This document shows positions 14,898 to 28,321 of a DNA stretch of 64,000 nt, one piece after another (positions within the stretch are counted from its first letter, which is position 1; each line of letters opens with the position of its first letter). Below the pieces are notes generated by a model, which saw nothing but the letters and a program-made list of their open reading frames with translations, was not told the DNA's origin and ran no database searches. The stretch is from contig NC_043006.1 of assembly GCF_006345805.1 (NCBI RefSeq), positions 103,540,001-103,604,000 of the forward strand, in the 5' to 3' direction. The stretch is from Octopus sinensis. Its lineage: Eukaryota. The translations under genes were made by a program, and so were the position numbers.

Positions 14898-16565
14898 ATA
14901 TATATATATATATGTGTGTGTGAATTTCTGTGTGTGTATGTAAATAAACATACGTATTATACGTACAAACAAATTCAATTTATCTATTTCTCCGCTGATT
15001 GAAAAAAGGTGAACTGTTTTAATCGATGTTCAACCCTTATCGTATGTGTCTGCGTCACTTGATCAACTCCAGAGGCACATGCAGCCTGAGCGTGCGTGAA
15101 AGTGTGTTTGCGCGAGTGTGTGTGTGTGTGTTTGCGTGTGTGTGTGTGTATGTGTGTGTGTGTGTATGTGTGTATGTGTGTGTGTGTGTGCGTGCGTGTG
15201 TGTGAGTGTTTGTGTGTGTGTCTGTGTGTGTGTGTGTGTGTGTACATATATATGTACACGGGCATGTGTGGTTATGTGTTTGCACTTGTACGTACGTGTG
15301 CATGTTTCTCTTTGTAAACCGTCGTAGCTGACTTCGTGCATTTGTGTAAAAAATACAACATCCATCCAAAACGAAAATTTAGTCTTTCGATGATAAACAG
15401 ATATCTATAAAATATTATAAATAACGGGCTGAAATATTAGCAAGAATCGATGAGATTTACGTAAATCCCTTGAAGATTCTGCTCCAGCACAGCTGCAGTC
15501 CAGTGGCAGATGACAGTAAAAGAGTAAAGAATAATGCGAAGCCTTTCTATTAATTTATGGACACAGTCTGTGCATCGGCAGCTTTAATATGTAAATAACA
15601 AATTGTTATTTTAACAATTGTTAATTTAACTATTAACGTGACACTTCGGCTAAAACTCCTGCTGTTTATTGTAATATGTCTCTCACACTAAGCAAGTCTG
15701 GCCAGCTTTGTAATAAATCAAATAAATAATTTATTTTCATACAACTTACAAGAATTGCCTTACAAGAATTCCGTTAATATTCTAAAATTGTATAGATATT
15801 GATGTAGTGCTTTCGGCTGAAACTGTAAATTTGGGACGACAAAATTTTGATGTACCAGAAATTTGTACATTAACCAATTGACTCTTAAAGCACTTTGGGA
15901 GTGCATGAAAGTGGATTGTATGTAATTTTCGTGTCCAGATAAATAACAATCTCTTCACTGAAAGGATTATTGATAATCTGTAACATTTTCTTGCATCACA
16001 CAGCTGAAATAAGGTTCTCAAACGCTGTTTAATACTAAGTTAGTTCCTGCGTAACAGACCAGAGTATACCCCCAGTCCGGACTATACCTGGGTTTAAAAG
16101 GTCCTAGGCTAGATTATACATCGAGTACAGTATGGCCTAGGCCAATTTATATTCCCCTCAGGCCAGATCATGCCCCCATGTTATTAGTAGTTTTGTGTGA
16201 TATACACAACAAGTACTTAATTTTTCACATTTTATGGGGATTTAGCTTTGTCAGGTCAGTTAATTGAGAAAGCTAACTGACTTAAATCTTAAAACCCTAA
16301 ACACATAGACTTTAATTAATTCATCCAGAAAAAATTCAATCTTTGAAAAAAATATTAGACTTCCACAGCGATCAAAGATTACTACCAGACTTCTCAGTGG
16401 TGTTTACACATTAATATAAATACCCCTACCCAAAACTTTATAATGCAATTGTAACATAATGATAGATTAATTCTACTGTTCATATTCTATTAAAAGCTAT
16501 AATGTCCTGGAACTTCAGCCTCTAAGACTAGCAAGTTTCTAGCGACAATATAAATGCTGTGAAAG

Positions 16566-16960
16566 TTAAACACTAATAACAACATCAAAATGATCATGCT
16601 TGTTTTCAAGCCAAAGTACATTTTGTTGTTGACGGCAGATTCAAGCTTGCAGGATAGGTCAACCAATCCATTGAGTCACTGATTCTGTGTGGATGACGAT
16701 GTTGCAACTCAAGAGAATCGCTATGGAGATGATCTCTGCTCATCATGAGAAATGATAGAATGGTTCACATATTCACTCACATTTTGGTTTAAGTAGTCCT
16801 GTAGCTTTTTCTCAAGTCAGTGTTCCTATAATGAGCGAATTTATTTCTGAGAAGAGAAGGGTTGTCCTCTGACCCGGTCAAGAAGTAGCTGGTGGCCCAA
16901 GAGTAGAAGTTCCTATTACCTTTGGTTTTATATGTGTTTGACCAAGGCCCCTTGTATGTC
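16566..16960 (-). pseudogene. OTU-like cysteine protease domain, decayed
   Basis: KTKGNRNFYSWATSYFLTGSEDNPSLLRNK (degenerate GDGNC..RA.SY.LTGSE..H..LR) and C-terminal LWLENKHDHFDVVISV* (His motif). Confidence 0.65.
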
Positions 16961-17189
16961 CATAGTACTCAACCTCTCCAAATGCAAGGCCAAGAGTGGT
17001 GCTAAGATACTTCCAGAACTTGGTAGTGGGCTGAAAGTCTTGGTCTGCTCGTCTTTCTGTGAGATGTAGATGTCATCATTGACTGGTTCTTCACGTGATC
17101 TTTTGAGTGTCTTTTGCTTTGGGTTGTCATCAGTAGAGACACTGGGACAATCATCAGGAGACTAGAGTGATAGAGAAACTACTTCATAT

Positions 17190-18455
17190 TGGTAAATCTT
17201 AAGGTTCCTGGCGTGATAGGTGTTGCTCAGTATCTTGTCAGTGTTATTGTTCTAAAGTCTTACTCATCCCTTGGTCAGGGATTCCAGAATTAAGTCGGGT
17301 CCGATTCAGCGTCGTTCCATCTTTGAACTCATGCGATGAATACGGTTCTGATTCTTGATGGAGCAAGCAGTGATTTATTTGCCGCTTTTCTGTCGGAAAT
17401 CAAAAGCTCTCTTCTAGTCTTCCTCGGCGGATCGGCAGAGTGGATGTTGGTAACAACGGTTAAACGGAGTTATTTATGAATGGTTATCAGTGTATCCAGA
17501 ACATCAGCGTTGGCATCAGCTTGGGGACCATAGTGTCATCTTCTGAAGGTTTGAGGTCCATAGGAAGCTTAGCCTTCCGTTCGCACATGACTTCAAATGG
17601 AAAGCACTTGGTTGAGGCATGCTCTGTTGTGTGATAAACAAACGGAACACCAGGAAGGAACTGGTGCCAGTTGTTTCCTTGATCATTGACAAGCTTACTA
17701 AGAAATTCTTTGAGTGTTCGATTGTCACGTTCCCGCTGGCCATTTGTTTGTGGGTGGTAGGCAGATGAAACGCAGCGACCTTTACGGAAATGCGCCATCA
17801 AGTTGTCGATGATCGAGTTCACAAACTCTCGTCCCTGGTAGGCTATTCAGAGTATTCATACATTCAAGGTGGCAAATAACGGAGTAACAAAATTTGCTAT
17901 TGACTTGACACTCTTATCTGGAACAGCTGTTGCTTCAGTCCATTTGGAGAAATGATCGTTGGCAGCAACTATATATTTGTTGTCGTTTGACGTTTCCTTA
18001 AAGGGATCAATCATTTCAATCCCGAATATGTTCCATACTTTTCCAGTTGCTGGTATATAAGTGGATGAGCCTCCTTGCTAATTTTGGGATTTATCACAAA
18101 ACATTTTGAGCAAGCTTTGATATGTTAGTGAACGTCACTCTTCATTGCCAAAATGGCCACCAGTAATTGAGTTCCCATGGCAGACCTTCAGGATATATAG
18201 CAATCAGTTTTTAGTGAGAGACTCATTTGCTCCACGGTAAAGAATTCCTCCTTCTGCCCGATATGATTTAGTTGTTTGTCTGAACTGGGAATTGGAGTTT
18301 ACACGTTTCTCTGGGGGTAGACCGTAGATCCACTGGGGACACTTTTGTAGTGTTGCACTGTAGAATCTAAGAAATTGGTCGTTTAGTTGATCTTCCTCGG
18401 TTTTCAAGAGTTTGGTGTTAGAGGAAGCAGATGCGAAGATAAAAAGATAAGACAC
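17190..18455 (-). pseudogene. GIN1/Gypsy-like integrase (H2C2-rve-GPY), frameshifted
   Basis: CHG..GGHFG; WNIFGIEMIDPFKETSNDNKYIVAANDHFSKWTEA; QGREFVNS..SSAYHPQTNGQRERDNRTLK..FVYHTTEHAST..PFEVMCERKAKLPMDL; WIGPDL..YHARNLKIY. Confidence 0.85.
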
Positions 18456-18519
18456 AATATGTTAAATTATTTTGCCACTGGGAGTCTAACTTGGTCAAAG
18501 TTGAATAATTTAAAAATAA

Positions 18520-18915
18520 GTCGTAGGAGTGGCTGTGTGGTAAGTAGCTTGCTTACCTGCCACATGGTTCCGGGTTCAGTCCCACTGCGTGGCACCTTGG
18601 GCAAGTGTCTTCTACTATAGCCTCGGGCCGACCAAAGCCTTGTGAGTGGATTTGGTAGACGGAAACTGAAAGAAGCCCGTCGTATATGTGTATATATATG
18701 TATGTGTGTGTATATGTTTGTGTGTCTGTGTTTGTACCCCCAACATCGCTTGAAACAGATGCTGGTGTGTTCACGTCCCCGTACCTTAGCGGTTCAACAA
18801 AAGAGACCGATAGAATAAGTACTAGGCTTACAAAGAATAAGTCCTGGGGTCCATTTGCTCGACTAAAGGCGATGCTCCAGCATGGCTGCAGTCAAATGAC
18901 TGAAACAAGTAAAAC
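18520..18915 (+). mobile_element. tRNA-derived SINE family A (CORE-like), inserted in the Ginger-like element
   Basis: A-box GGCTGTGTGGT, B-box GGTTCAGTCCC, CCTTGGGCAAGT core, internal microsatellite, tail GCAGTCAAATGACTGAAACAAGTAAAA. Confidence 0.85.
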
Positions 18916-19429
18916 AGTAAGTCTGTTTTAAGTTATTAAAATATGGCATTTCTTCACTGTCCTCCATTTTAAATCCCCCGATTCAGTTAAGCGGGACGAA
19001 TATGTTTGGTGTGTAACTGTTTAATCAAAAAAGGTAGAAAATATTTGTCCTGTCTTGATAACAAATTGAAAATGCAACAAATTTACTGTTAAAATCAAGT
19101 CGCAATTCACGACTCTGAAAATATGCATTAATTAAGGAGACGTTGTTTGAGATTGACTACCATGTTAGTCTGGGTATATTCTGGTCTGGGCCTAGATATT
19201 TTACACCCTCAAATATACTTTGGCCTAAGACAGTTTATCCCGCGGTGTATACTCTGGCCTGGGCCAAACTATACCCGGGCTTATTCTGGACAGGGGTTAA
19301 TTTGACCTGTTACGTCGGGTTCAGCCAATCTTTAAATAAATGCATTCATGCTGTGACAACACCTCCTTTTTCAGTACTATCTTAAATTGCATTGTTGTAT
19401 TTTATCTTCCTGAACGTGATACGGTTCTG

Positions 19430-19598
19430 AATTTTGGCACAAGGTCAGCAAATTCGTTAGGCTGGTGCTAATTGAACCCAGTGTTCAACTGGTACTTATT
19501 TCATCGACCACGAAAGGATGAACTCCAAACGTAAAAATGAACGATTTGCCACTAAGCTTTCTGCTCGGCGTGCTAACGATTCTGCCAGGTCGGCGCCT
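19430..19598 (-). mobile_element. SINE family B, decayed
   Basis: CTGGTACTTATTTCATCGACCACGAAAGGATGAA..TGCTAACGATTCTGCCAG. Confidence 0.7.
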
Positions 19599-19699
19599 GT
19601 TAAAAAATATAAACAGAAGACTCGTTGAAGCATAAAATCCCTAACGATTTAGACGAAGATTTACGCGCGGATCTGTTATGGTATATAGGTAATGTTTGT

Positions 19700-19990
19700 A
19701 GCATAATGGTTAGGTTATTCGGCCTACGATCATAAGGTCGCGAGTTCGATTCCACGTGACGTCTGGTGTCTTTGAGCGAGACAATTTATTTCGCATTGCT
19801 CCAATCCACTCATCTGGCAAAAATGAGTAGTACCTGTACTGAAAACGGCAGCCTTGCCACATTCTGTGTCATGCTGAATCTCTTTAAGAACTACGTTAAG
19901 TCTACGCCTCTCTGTGGAGTGCTCAGCCACTTGCACCTCAATTTCATGAACAGGTTGTTCCCTGATCGGATCAGGAGTAATCCGACAGAG
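19700..19990 (+). mobile_element. SINE family C (tRNA-Arg-like head), decayed
   Basis: GAGTTCGATTCC B-box; GAACTACGTTAAG..CTGTGGAGTGCTCAGCCACTTGCAC shared with 57918-58302. Confidence 0.7.
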
Positions 19991-21577
19991 TGCTATGACT
20001 GGTGCAAGACCTGAAAACTGAGAGAAGTGGTTACTTGATTATATCGAACAGCTACTTAAGAATTATATTGTTTTATCAACATTATTTACATTATTTATAT
20101 TCGACGGATATTTATCTTCGTCTTGTTTGTTTGTATACCAGTTATGCAAGTAGGTCTGCTCATGGCTTATGCATAACGTCAGTACTGACATCACTTAAAT
20201 CGAACTCGTTACTTTATTATCCCTCTTGGCGCATGAAATGACAATATGATCTCCACGACATTTCAGCTCAGCGCATAAAGGGGTAGTATATGTTTGAACA
20301 TGTGTAAATATCATAGAACAAGAACAATATTATGCAGTAGCCCTAAAATAAATATGATTTTAACTTAAAATATATTTTTAGTGACTCTCCTTTGGAAGTA
20401 AGTGAAATGAAGACAAGCATGCCAAAGATTATTGAAAATCCACAGAAATGGGTAGATCAAGATTCTTTTCTCTATCGCAGTCTGCCTGGAACCAGTTCTT
20501 CTATTATGTCTCACTTCTCCGAGTCCTTTGTTCTGCATCGTACCATGTACCCCAAACATTCAAAAGGTTAGCTATAATCCCAGTTTTCATTGTGCATTTT
20601 TCATATATCCTCTTGTTGATTCAAAGCTAAGCTGATCTACCTTTCTTGTTTTCGTTTTAGTGAAAGGGAAATACTATTATACGTAGAAAAATATTTTTAA
20701 AATGAAATTTCTTTTCTTCCTTTACCTCTGCCTTGTATTTTACTTCCTCGATGCATCTCATTTCAGCGCCTGCCAAGTATTTCCTAACGTAAACAAGGAT
20801 TATATAAGAATAAATACAATCACCCACACATGCACATTCTCAACCCACAGCCAAACATCTACAAATGCAGAGATCGTCTGCATGTAATGTAAGAACAAAA
20901 ATCAATACGGAACTCTCTTGCTTCTATTCCAGCATCGCATATTTACATACTTTATATTCGTAAAGAACATCGACGAACTACTTCTGCTTGGTTTGGGGTG
21001 TGTATGGGACAGGGGGAAACATGCAAGACACATGGGAAAGCAACCGAGTTTCGGTTTTATTTTCGTTTTTTAATTATAAACATTTTTTATGTTCTTACAA
21101 CAACAAATGTTGATTTCGTGTACAGACGAAAAGTTGGTTATGAAGAGAAGTGAACGTATATGAGAGTGTAAGTCGCTCATATTTTCTGTTAAGAAACATT
21201 TACGACGTACGTAAAGTGAAGTATTCCTTACTAGCATCAATAATGGTAACGATGCACTGCGAACTTATATTTACGATACGTGTAAGAAGTTAATGTTAAT
21301 TAATACTTGAACGGTGATTGGATGAATCATTCATGGGCCGGAAAAATGCGTCATGCTTTTTGAAAAAAATATATTTGGTTTGGAGAAAGTATGTATGCAA
21401 GACCTGGGAAACGGGTTCTAGTGATGCAGTTGTACTTTTTGTTCAATTGCGAGTTGACGGTTAAATTAAAAATTATTGCATCTTGGAGGAGATTCCGAAT
21501 AACTGAAGATATACTGAGTAAAGAGTGGATGAAGTATCTTTGTGCAGTGTATGGAATTGCAATTAGACCACAATATA

Positions 21578-21792
21578 CGATGGGATGTTGAAAAGTTCCT
21601 GGCTTTGGGTAAGAGAAAATACAGAAGGATCACTTAATTATGATTTTATTCAACATATTCCCCTCTCAGATTCACACTTTTATTGCAGCATCCTTTAGAT
21701 TTTCTAACACCTGTTAAAGAATTTGGAAGGTTGGGCTCCCAAACAAACCTTTCCCGATACCCTTAACGCCAAGAAGTTTGCAGCACCCCTGG
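21578..21792. mobile_element. Mariner-type MITE (partial second copy at 50277-50360)
   Basis: TA-flanked imperfect TIRs CGATGGGATGTTGAAAAGTTCCTGGC / GCCAAGAAGTTTGCAGCACCCCTGG. Confidence 0.65.
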
Positions 21793-22195
21793 TAAGTGCC
21801 TCGAGAGAAGAGGCGAGTGAATCGGATGGGCCTGAGTGGAGTGAAGTAGCAGTAGAAAATATAGTTGAAGGAGAGAGCACTTTTGTATGGCTTCACGCCA
21901 ATCAGTTTTGGACCACGCCTAGGAGTTCTATAAATATAAGAGCAGATAATATTACGAATAAAGATTAAGTTATTACATTACAAAACTTCTGCTACCATTT
22001 CTGTCATAGGATTCTATCGTGGCTCATTCGACTCTAAAGTATAAAATCAGACTGTCCCAAATTTGAAAGCATCTGAGACTAACTTATATTAACAGACAAT
22101 ATTTTACAGACATTTACATAGTGTACTACGGTACATGTGTGCGAGTGTGAGCGTATATACATGTGTTTTCGAAATGTATCTGTATAGTCGTGCGC

Positions 22196-22231
<36 letters not shown>

Positions 22232-22622
22232 GTGCGTGTATGTGTATGTGTGTGCGTATGCGAGCGCGATATGGATATGCATATGTTAAGTGCGTTAACT
22301 GATATTGGGAGGCATCCTATTTAACAGAACTGAAAAATAAATAAATAAAATAATAAATTCTTCGGAAACAAGGATTTTGTTTATTGTTCGCTTTCGTTTC
22401 TTCCGAAATTGATCACTCCCGTTGTTGTAATGTGTTGATATTTTTGTTCTTATTGCTGTGCATAATAATAGTCTTCTTTCACTTCGTCATTTTCAAACGC
22501 TGGCGTGATAACAGATCAGGTCAGGTTATTAAAACTGACATCCAACTTTGAAATTTATAAATAAGAATCAATATTGGTTATGACATCTCAAAATATAGAT
22601 ATATTCACCGGAAGGTTTCCGC

Positions 22623-22698
<76 letters not shown>

Positions 22699-22723
22699 AT
22701 GTATATATATATATTATATATAT

Positions 22724-22754
<31 letters not shown>

Positions 22755-22755
<1 letters not shown>

Positions 22756-22910
22756 CCGGAGTAAACACATAAATGTGAAACAAGGTGGGAAAAAGAGTAC
22801 TTAATAAAAAAGGTAGAGTAATATGCTTTATTAAAAGCAGCAGAAATTCAACAAGAGCTGTTACTCGGAGTCTCACGTTTCCGTTCGTCGGACAGTATTG
22901 TTTAACAAAG
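22755..22910 (-). mobile_element. PLE-like terminal remnant with degenerate hammerhead (22858-22895)
   Basis: Minus CUGU-CCGACGA-ACGgaaaCGU-GAGAC(GAAAC mutated)-UCCGA-GUA-ACAG; in (AT)n. Confidence 0.55.
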
Positions 22911-23611
22911 TATATATATATATATACTTAAATAAATAAAGTATATATAAATAAAGTATATATATATACATATATTTCTTTTTTAATGACAAGAGCACAA
23001 TTATTGCAATAACTGAAGTATTGCCGTCTTTAAAAATCTGCAAGATTATTACTGGTACTCGTACTACGAAACTGGAAAGGTAAAAAGTGACATCCCTTAA
23101 ATATTGTATCCTCTTCGTCGACAGCAGGTAGACAAACATAGGATGCACTCCATTTCAGAATGAATGAATAAAATTGAATGACAAGTGAAAAGCGGAGAAG
23201 CATTGACTACAGATATCGGTTAGGAAATAGGCATACTTATATGTAAAATGATATATCTGTATGCGCCTTTTAAATCTCTGATTTTATCCCCCCCCCTTCT
23301 CTCTCTTTATATATACATACATATATGACCTTCGCAATGCGGAGTTGATAAAATAGAGGCGACTGAAGAAGGGGAATTTTCCTTGTTTTGTATGTCCTGT
23401 ACTCTATCTTTTCGTTGTTTAAGAAAAATGTCCATTTCCTTAGTTTTGTGTTTATGTTTTCGTTTCTCATTGTGTTCGACGTTTTTTTTGGTGTCCTGTA
23501 CCCATATATGCATGTATATATACATGTAGAGGTAGGTATGAACACATATATGTATGTATATATGCATATGTTTTATTTATTTATTAATTTATTATATATA
23601 CATATATATAT

Positions 23612-23674
<63 letters not shown>

Positions 23675-23675
23675 C

Positions 23676-23750
<75 letters not shown>

Positions 23751-23769
23751 ATATCTATATATATATATA

Positions 23770-23817
<48 letters not shown>

Positions 23818-23859
23818 ATATGTATACATATATATGTATGTATATATATTTATGTGTGT

Positions 23860-24072
23860 GCGTCTTTGCTTCTGTTGTTTGTCCCCCCAACCTACCATCG
23901 CTTGACAACCGATGTTGATATGTTTGTGTCTCCGAAACTTATCAGTTCAGCAAAAGAGCCGATAGAATAAGTACTAGAATAATAAGTCCTGGGGTCGATT
24001 TGTTCAACTAAAGGCGGTGCTCCTGCATAGCCGCAGTCAAACGACTGAAACGTGTAAAAGAATAAAAGAGTA
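23860..24072 (+). mobile_element. SINE family A 3' half
   Basis: CATCGCTTGACAACC..GATAGAATAAGTACTAG..CCTGGGGTCGATTTG..GCAGTCAAACGACTGAAAC. Confidence 0.75.
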
Positions 24073-25159
24073 AATGGATTTGTTTTTATGCTAATAAAAA
24101 CAATGTTACATGAATCTGATGGGGGATTCTTTACTTTTGGAGAGTCGAAATTTATTGTCCTTGCGCAACTTTTACGCAGTCTTAACTTCTTCGTTTGGGT
24201 TTTATTTCTAAGTTCCTAATCAAATGAGGACCCGCAAGGGAAAATAAAATGTTATATTTTAAAAGAAATCGCTATGTGCACGGTATACATAGGGAAAGCT
24301 AATATCAGGATACATCGTTCATGGGTCCGTTTGAACTTTTGAATAATTGACATCTTAATCGGTGATAACTGTGTATTCTGCATGTTTAAATGGCATTAGG
24401 AAGAGTGAGTTTTACGTTCAAATATATGTTGCCTCCTTTTCTTTCACTTGTTTCGGTCTAGTGGAAGTGTGCCATATCATGGCGTCTCAGGTCTGTAGTT
24501 CATGTACGTACACGCACACACACACACGTACAAGCACGCAAGCACGATTTTAACTGAACATATAAAAAAGAAAACATATATATATTTATAAACACTTGAC
24601 AAAGCCTAATCAAAAGATTAAGGCTCTCAGATGAAACAAATAAGTTTACCTCTGGATATTATTAATAATGTTCTCATTACTTCTACTAAAGTGAAATAAT
24701 ACACTTAAGCAAACAACACACACATACTCACTCACACCTAACCAAACACATATACACATATATAAAACTGTTTCAGAACAATCTGATGGATTATATATGT
24801 TCCCAGGTAAGTAACATGACAACTGGCCAAAAATGAAATGAATAAATGAAAAACGACTTTTTGACCTGTCATCAATTTCCACAAACCTAGAAAAAGTTCC
24901 CTTTCTTTCTTTGATCCTGTTTTCCTTTCTTCCTTTTTTTCTCTTTCTTCCACCTCTACTCAAACTTCCACAGAGATACCAAATGCATACTTATACACAC
25001 TACACACGCACACACACACACACATATACACACGTATACCTAGATACATACTCACAAATATACACACGCTGTAGTATCATATTTATAAAACAAGCCAAAC
25101 TTGGACGATTGCTATAGTTAATCCAGTTGTATTACTGAGGATCGTGTATATTTATTCGC

Positions 25160-25596
25160 GGATCTTTTCGGTTTGACCGGCAGTTTTTTCTAGCGGTGTC
25201 ATATGAAATTGCTACCCATAATTATGACCCTAGTATCGATCTATTGCATTTCAATCTGTTTTAGGGTTAGGATTAGAGTTAGGGTTAGTTAGGGTTAGGG
25301 GCGGGGGAAGGGTATATTTTTTTTCTTCACAAATGTAAATAAACCCGATCTGTTTCTTAAACGAGGGACATATTCATACGGCACAGAATGTTTTCACCTC
25401 AATAGACGTATTTGATTGGTTGAAATTGCAGAAATTGAAGAAAAAAACAACAAATATCTTACAAACAATAGAATTTTCCCAATAAAGCCAAGAGGAAAAG
25501 ATGTTTTATAAACACATTCTACCAGTATACGAAGTTTAAAATTTTTTAGTTTCCTGGAAATTACGTAAAAAACTGCCGTTCAAACCGAAAAGATCC
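25160..25596 (+). mobile_element. MITE with 30-bp TIRs and 8-bp TSD (Merlin-like)
   Basis: GGATCTTTTCGGTTTGA.CGGCAGTTTTT...AAAAACTGCCGTTCAAACCGAAAAGATCC; TSD TTATTCGC/TTATTCGG; internal TTAGGG-like run. Confidence 0.8.
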
Positions 25597-26249
25597 TTAT
25601 TCGGCACACATTGATGTGAATATGCTTTTGTCGCTATTGATTTTCGCCTGCTGAGAACTACTTTCCACATTTGACCTTATGATGAAGTATGAGTGTTTCC
25701 AAACTCACATCGTATGAAGCAAGAAGAGATTCTTGGAAAGCAACGTCCAGCAGCGAAATATCATAATCGAGTCCAAGTATACTGGAACGTATTAAGGATC
25801 AATATACTTATCATTGTTTTGCGTGCTCATAATGAGTGAATGAATAAATGGGATTGTTTTCCGATAGGTGACCATCTTTTAAAGTATGATCAATCGATTA
25901 CAGAGGGAAATAGACTATTCTCGCATTTTCTTATTTGAAATTTCCTCAGTAAATATCGATGGAAGAGTTTGCATGAATTCACCAATTACGCTGTTTTGTA
26001 CAAAATTGCAAAAGACTGCAACACGGCGTTATAATTCTTGCACGGACAAAGATTGCATCTCGTGCAGCCTTTAAAATAAAGAAAGAAAAAGAAGAGAGAG
26101 AGAGGGGGATGGAGAGAAAGAGAGAAAGAGAAGACGAGGGAGAGAGAGAGAGACGCAGTTAGTGATTAAGACGTTCATACTATCCTGCATGCCAATAAAT
26201 ATTTGGTAGCCTATAATAATTGTTTATGGATAATACATAATTGCCAGGA

Positions 26250-26600
26250 AAGTTTTGATGTAGCCATGGGATTCAGCAATGGAACTTAGGTTTGTGACTT
26301 GGTAGGATTCTACATATTAGACATACATCGGAAGAGATCCAGCCAGCTATGAAATGTTCTGCCTTTACCGAGTTGAGCTATTGATTTTGTGAGGTCTAAA
26401 TTGTTACTCAATAGATGCTGTTAGGCAGATGTTCAGCGATATATTAAAAGAGATAGATTTAAAGGTAAAAATAAACTAAACTCTTTATCGAAACGGACTT
26501 ATTTTCTTGGATACAACTCTAGGTATAGTTACTACCAATAGTAAAAAGAATTGTAATATACTAATACAAAATCTAGCTATATGTTTAAACAAAATACAAC
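26250..26600 (+). pseudogene. Decayed Penelope-like reverse transcriptase fragment
   Basis: FDVAMGFSNGT*VCDLVGFYILD ... CLYRVE (GLYRDD-like) ... FLDTTL, matching PLE RT motifs. Confidence 0.65.
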
Positions 26601-26659
26601 TATGTCTTTTTCTTTAGACAACTGAAGCATTGTTGATAATATCAGTAAGTGCATTTATG

Positions 26660-26830
26660 GTGGCGAGCTGGTATAATCGTTAACGCACCGGGTAAAGTGC
26701 CCAGTGCCATTTCGTCTGTCGCTACGTTCTGAGTTCAAATTCCTCGTAAATCGACTTTGCTTTCATCCCTTCGATCATCGAATTACCCTATCCTCAGAAA
26801 TTACTGGCCTTGCGACAAAATTTAAAGCTA
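26660..26830 (+). mobile_element. SINE family B, decayed
   Basis: GGCGAGCTGG head, GTTCTGAGTTCAAATTC, GACTTTGCTTTCATCC. Confidence 0.7.
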
Positions 26831-27234
26831 ATATTAATGAGTGCTTATCTTTTGTCCAGAAATCCGTTAATCGGGCTGTTTATTATAACAATGAGGCTTT
26901 AAAATAAGGTAAGTTAAAAGAATAGAATACAATATATACCATAACAAATTCTATTAAAAATGCAAAAAATACAAGGGGAAATTTTCTGGTATGACAATCC
27001 ACATTGTTCGTTGTAATCTTGCCAAGATTTTGCTAACTCTTATAAATGCGCTTATGTAGGCGGACTTCAAATGTAGCAGGAAATAAAAAATGTTAAGCAA
27101 TGATAAAATGCGCTATTAGAAATAACGTCAAGTTAATATACAGTTAGGTAAAACATTTTTTATGCAGTTGAAAGCACTTTAATACCAGCCATCTCAAAAG
27201 TATATGTTTTCGTAAAAGGATTAGGTTCCCGGGG

Positions 27235-27970
27235 TTCCCTCGCCTGGCAGTGCTACCGAGGGGTTCTGCCTGTTCGGAATAAATTCTACCGTCACGGAAG
27301 TGCCGTCAGACGGGCCTTCCCGAGGTGCGCCCAGGACGACGAAACCGTTCTGCACGCATTCGTCCAGTGCCCGAGTATTGTTGAACTATGGGTTTATGTC
27401 GAACAGCTACTGTCGCGTATAGGACGGATCCGGCTAGCCCCGCCGACCTCCTTTAACCGGAAGGGCAAGGCAGTTTTCCTTTGCCTAGCGGCTGTAACGA
27501 AAGAGGTGATATGGTGGATCCGTTTGAAAGGGCTAAGGTCAGACATTTTCCTCTTTGGCCAAGACCTCATCAACTTTTTCAAGTTTCACTTGAGAAGGAA
27601 GATGAGAGTAGAGAGGGAAGTGATGTCTGGTAGCAAGTTTATTGAAAGGTGGGCGAATGTCGCAAGAATAGTCAGAATGAACGGACCAATTCTGAGGATA
27701 CACCTGTGAGAATAAAAAGGAAATATAATAGGAGAAAGGGGCTCTCTACCGCCTTTTGACCAGGATCCTGTGCTTTTATGGGTTTTTCCACGAGTAACCT
27801 TTCGAAGTGCCCCCTATTGGGAATTTTAATTGCTATTTTTCGTTGTCATCCTGCTTTTGTACACGGACTTTTTCAAACGGACAAAACCCTTTGTAACTTT
27901 CGTCCTGTGTTTTGTCCCTTTATGTTTTAATTGATTTTTGTTAGCCCTTGTGGCCAATAAACGAACGAAT
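27235..27970 (+). mobile_element. 3' end of a Tx1/L1-clade LINE (zf-RVT region + 3' UTR)
   Basis: SLAWQCYR..LPVRNK..PRCAQDDETVLHAFVQCP..LWVYVEQLLSR; ends AGCCCTTGTGGCCAATAAA. Confidence 0.8.
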
Positions 27971-28321
27971 TATCTTCTCAAAATTACTGTAGCACACCAT
28001 TGTATAATGCTTGCGGAATTAATATCTTAAATGCAGATCCTCATAAATAGGTTTATATTCAAGAACTCGGAAAGACTACTTTCCTCCTCATGTTCATATA
28101 TATCTGATGTGTAAAGGAAGTTAATAGTAATTCAGCAGGTCTATTTTAGAACACGTTTCATCTGCATTTTCAGAACGTGTAATACTTGTCACTGGGAGAA
28201 ATATGAAGTCATATAATTAGCCATTTGAAATTTTGAACAAAATCTCGAAAATGGAGATTTTTGCTGACGCATTCGTTTGTAATATTCATGAATTTTTAAG
28301 TACAAACTTACGAAAATAGTT

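Larger units (their letters stand above)
16050..19314 (-). mobile_element. Ginger1-like DNA transposon (Gypsy-type DDE integrase + OTU-like protease), decayed
   Basis: Imperfect TIRs CGTAACAG...CTGTTACG with repeated GGCC/TATAC subterminal motifs; internal integrase; no RT, RNase H or LTRs visible. Confidence 0.75.

Noticed and set aside
17190-18455. Gypsy LTR retrotransposon or host GIN1 gene
   Set aside because: No RT or LTRs; bounded by TIRs and full of stops and frameshifts.
20380-20660. Additional GIY-YIG relic on the minus strand
   Set aside because: Only faint resemblance across several frames; too decayed to call.
23325-23385. Permuted hammerhead (G[C]AA before CUGAAGA); similar case at 56705-56765
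   Set aside because: Could not build consistent stems I-III with a valid NUH; likely PLE-related sequence but not supportable as a ribozyme.
23590-23830. Phase-shifting TT/AA interruptions in long (AT)n tracts as a pattern
   Set aside because: Consistent with slippage or long-read consensus indels.
25261-25300. Interstitial telomere or chromosome fusion scar
   Set aside because: The short TTAGGG run is an internal part of a MITE present twice.
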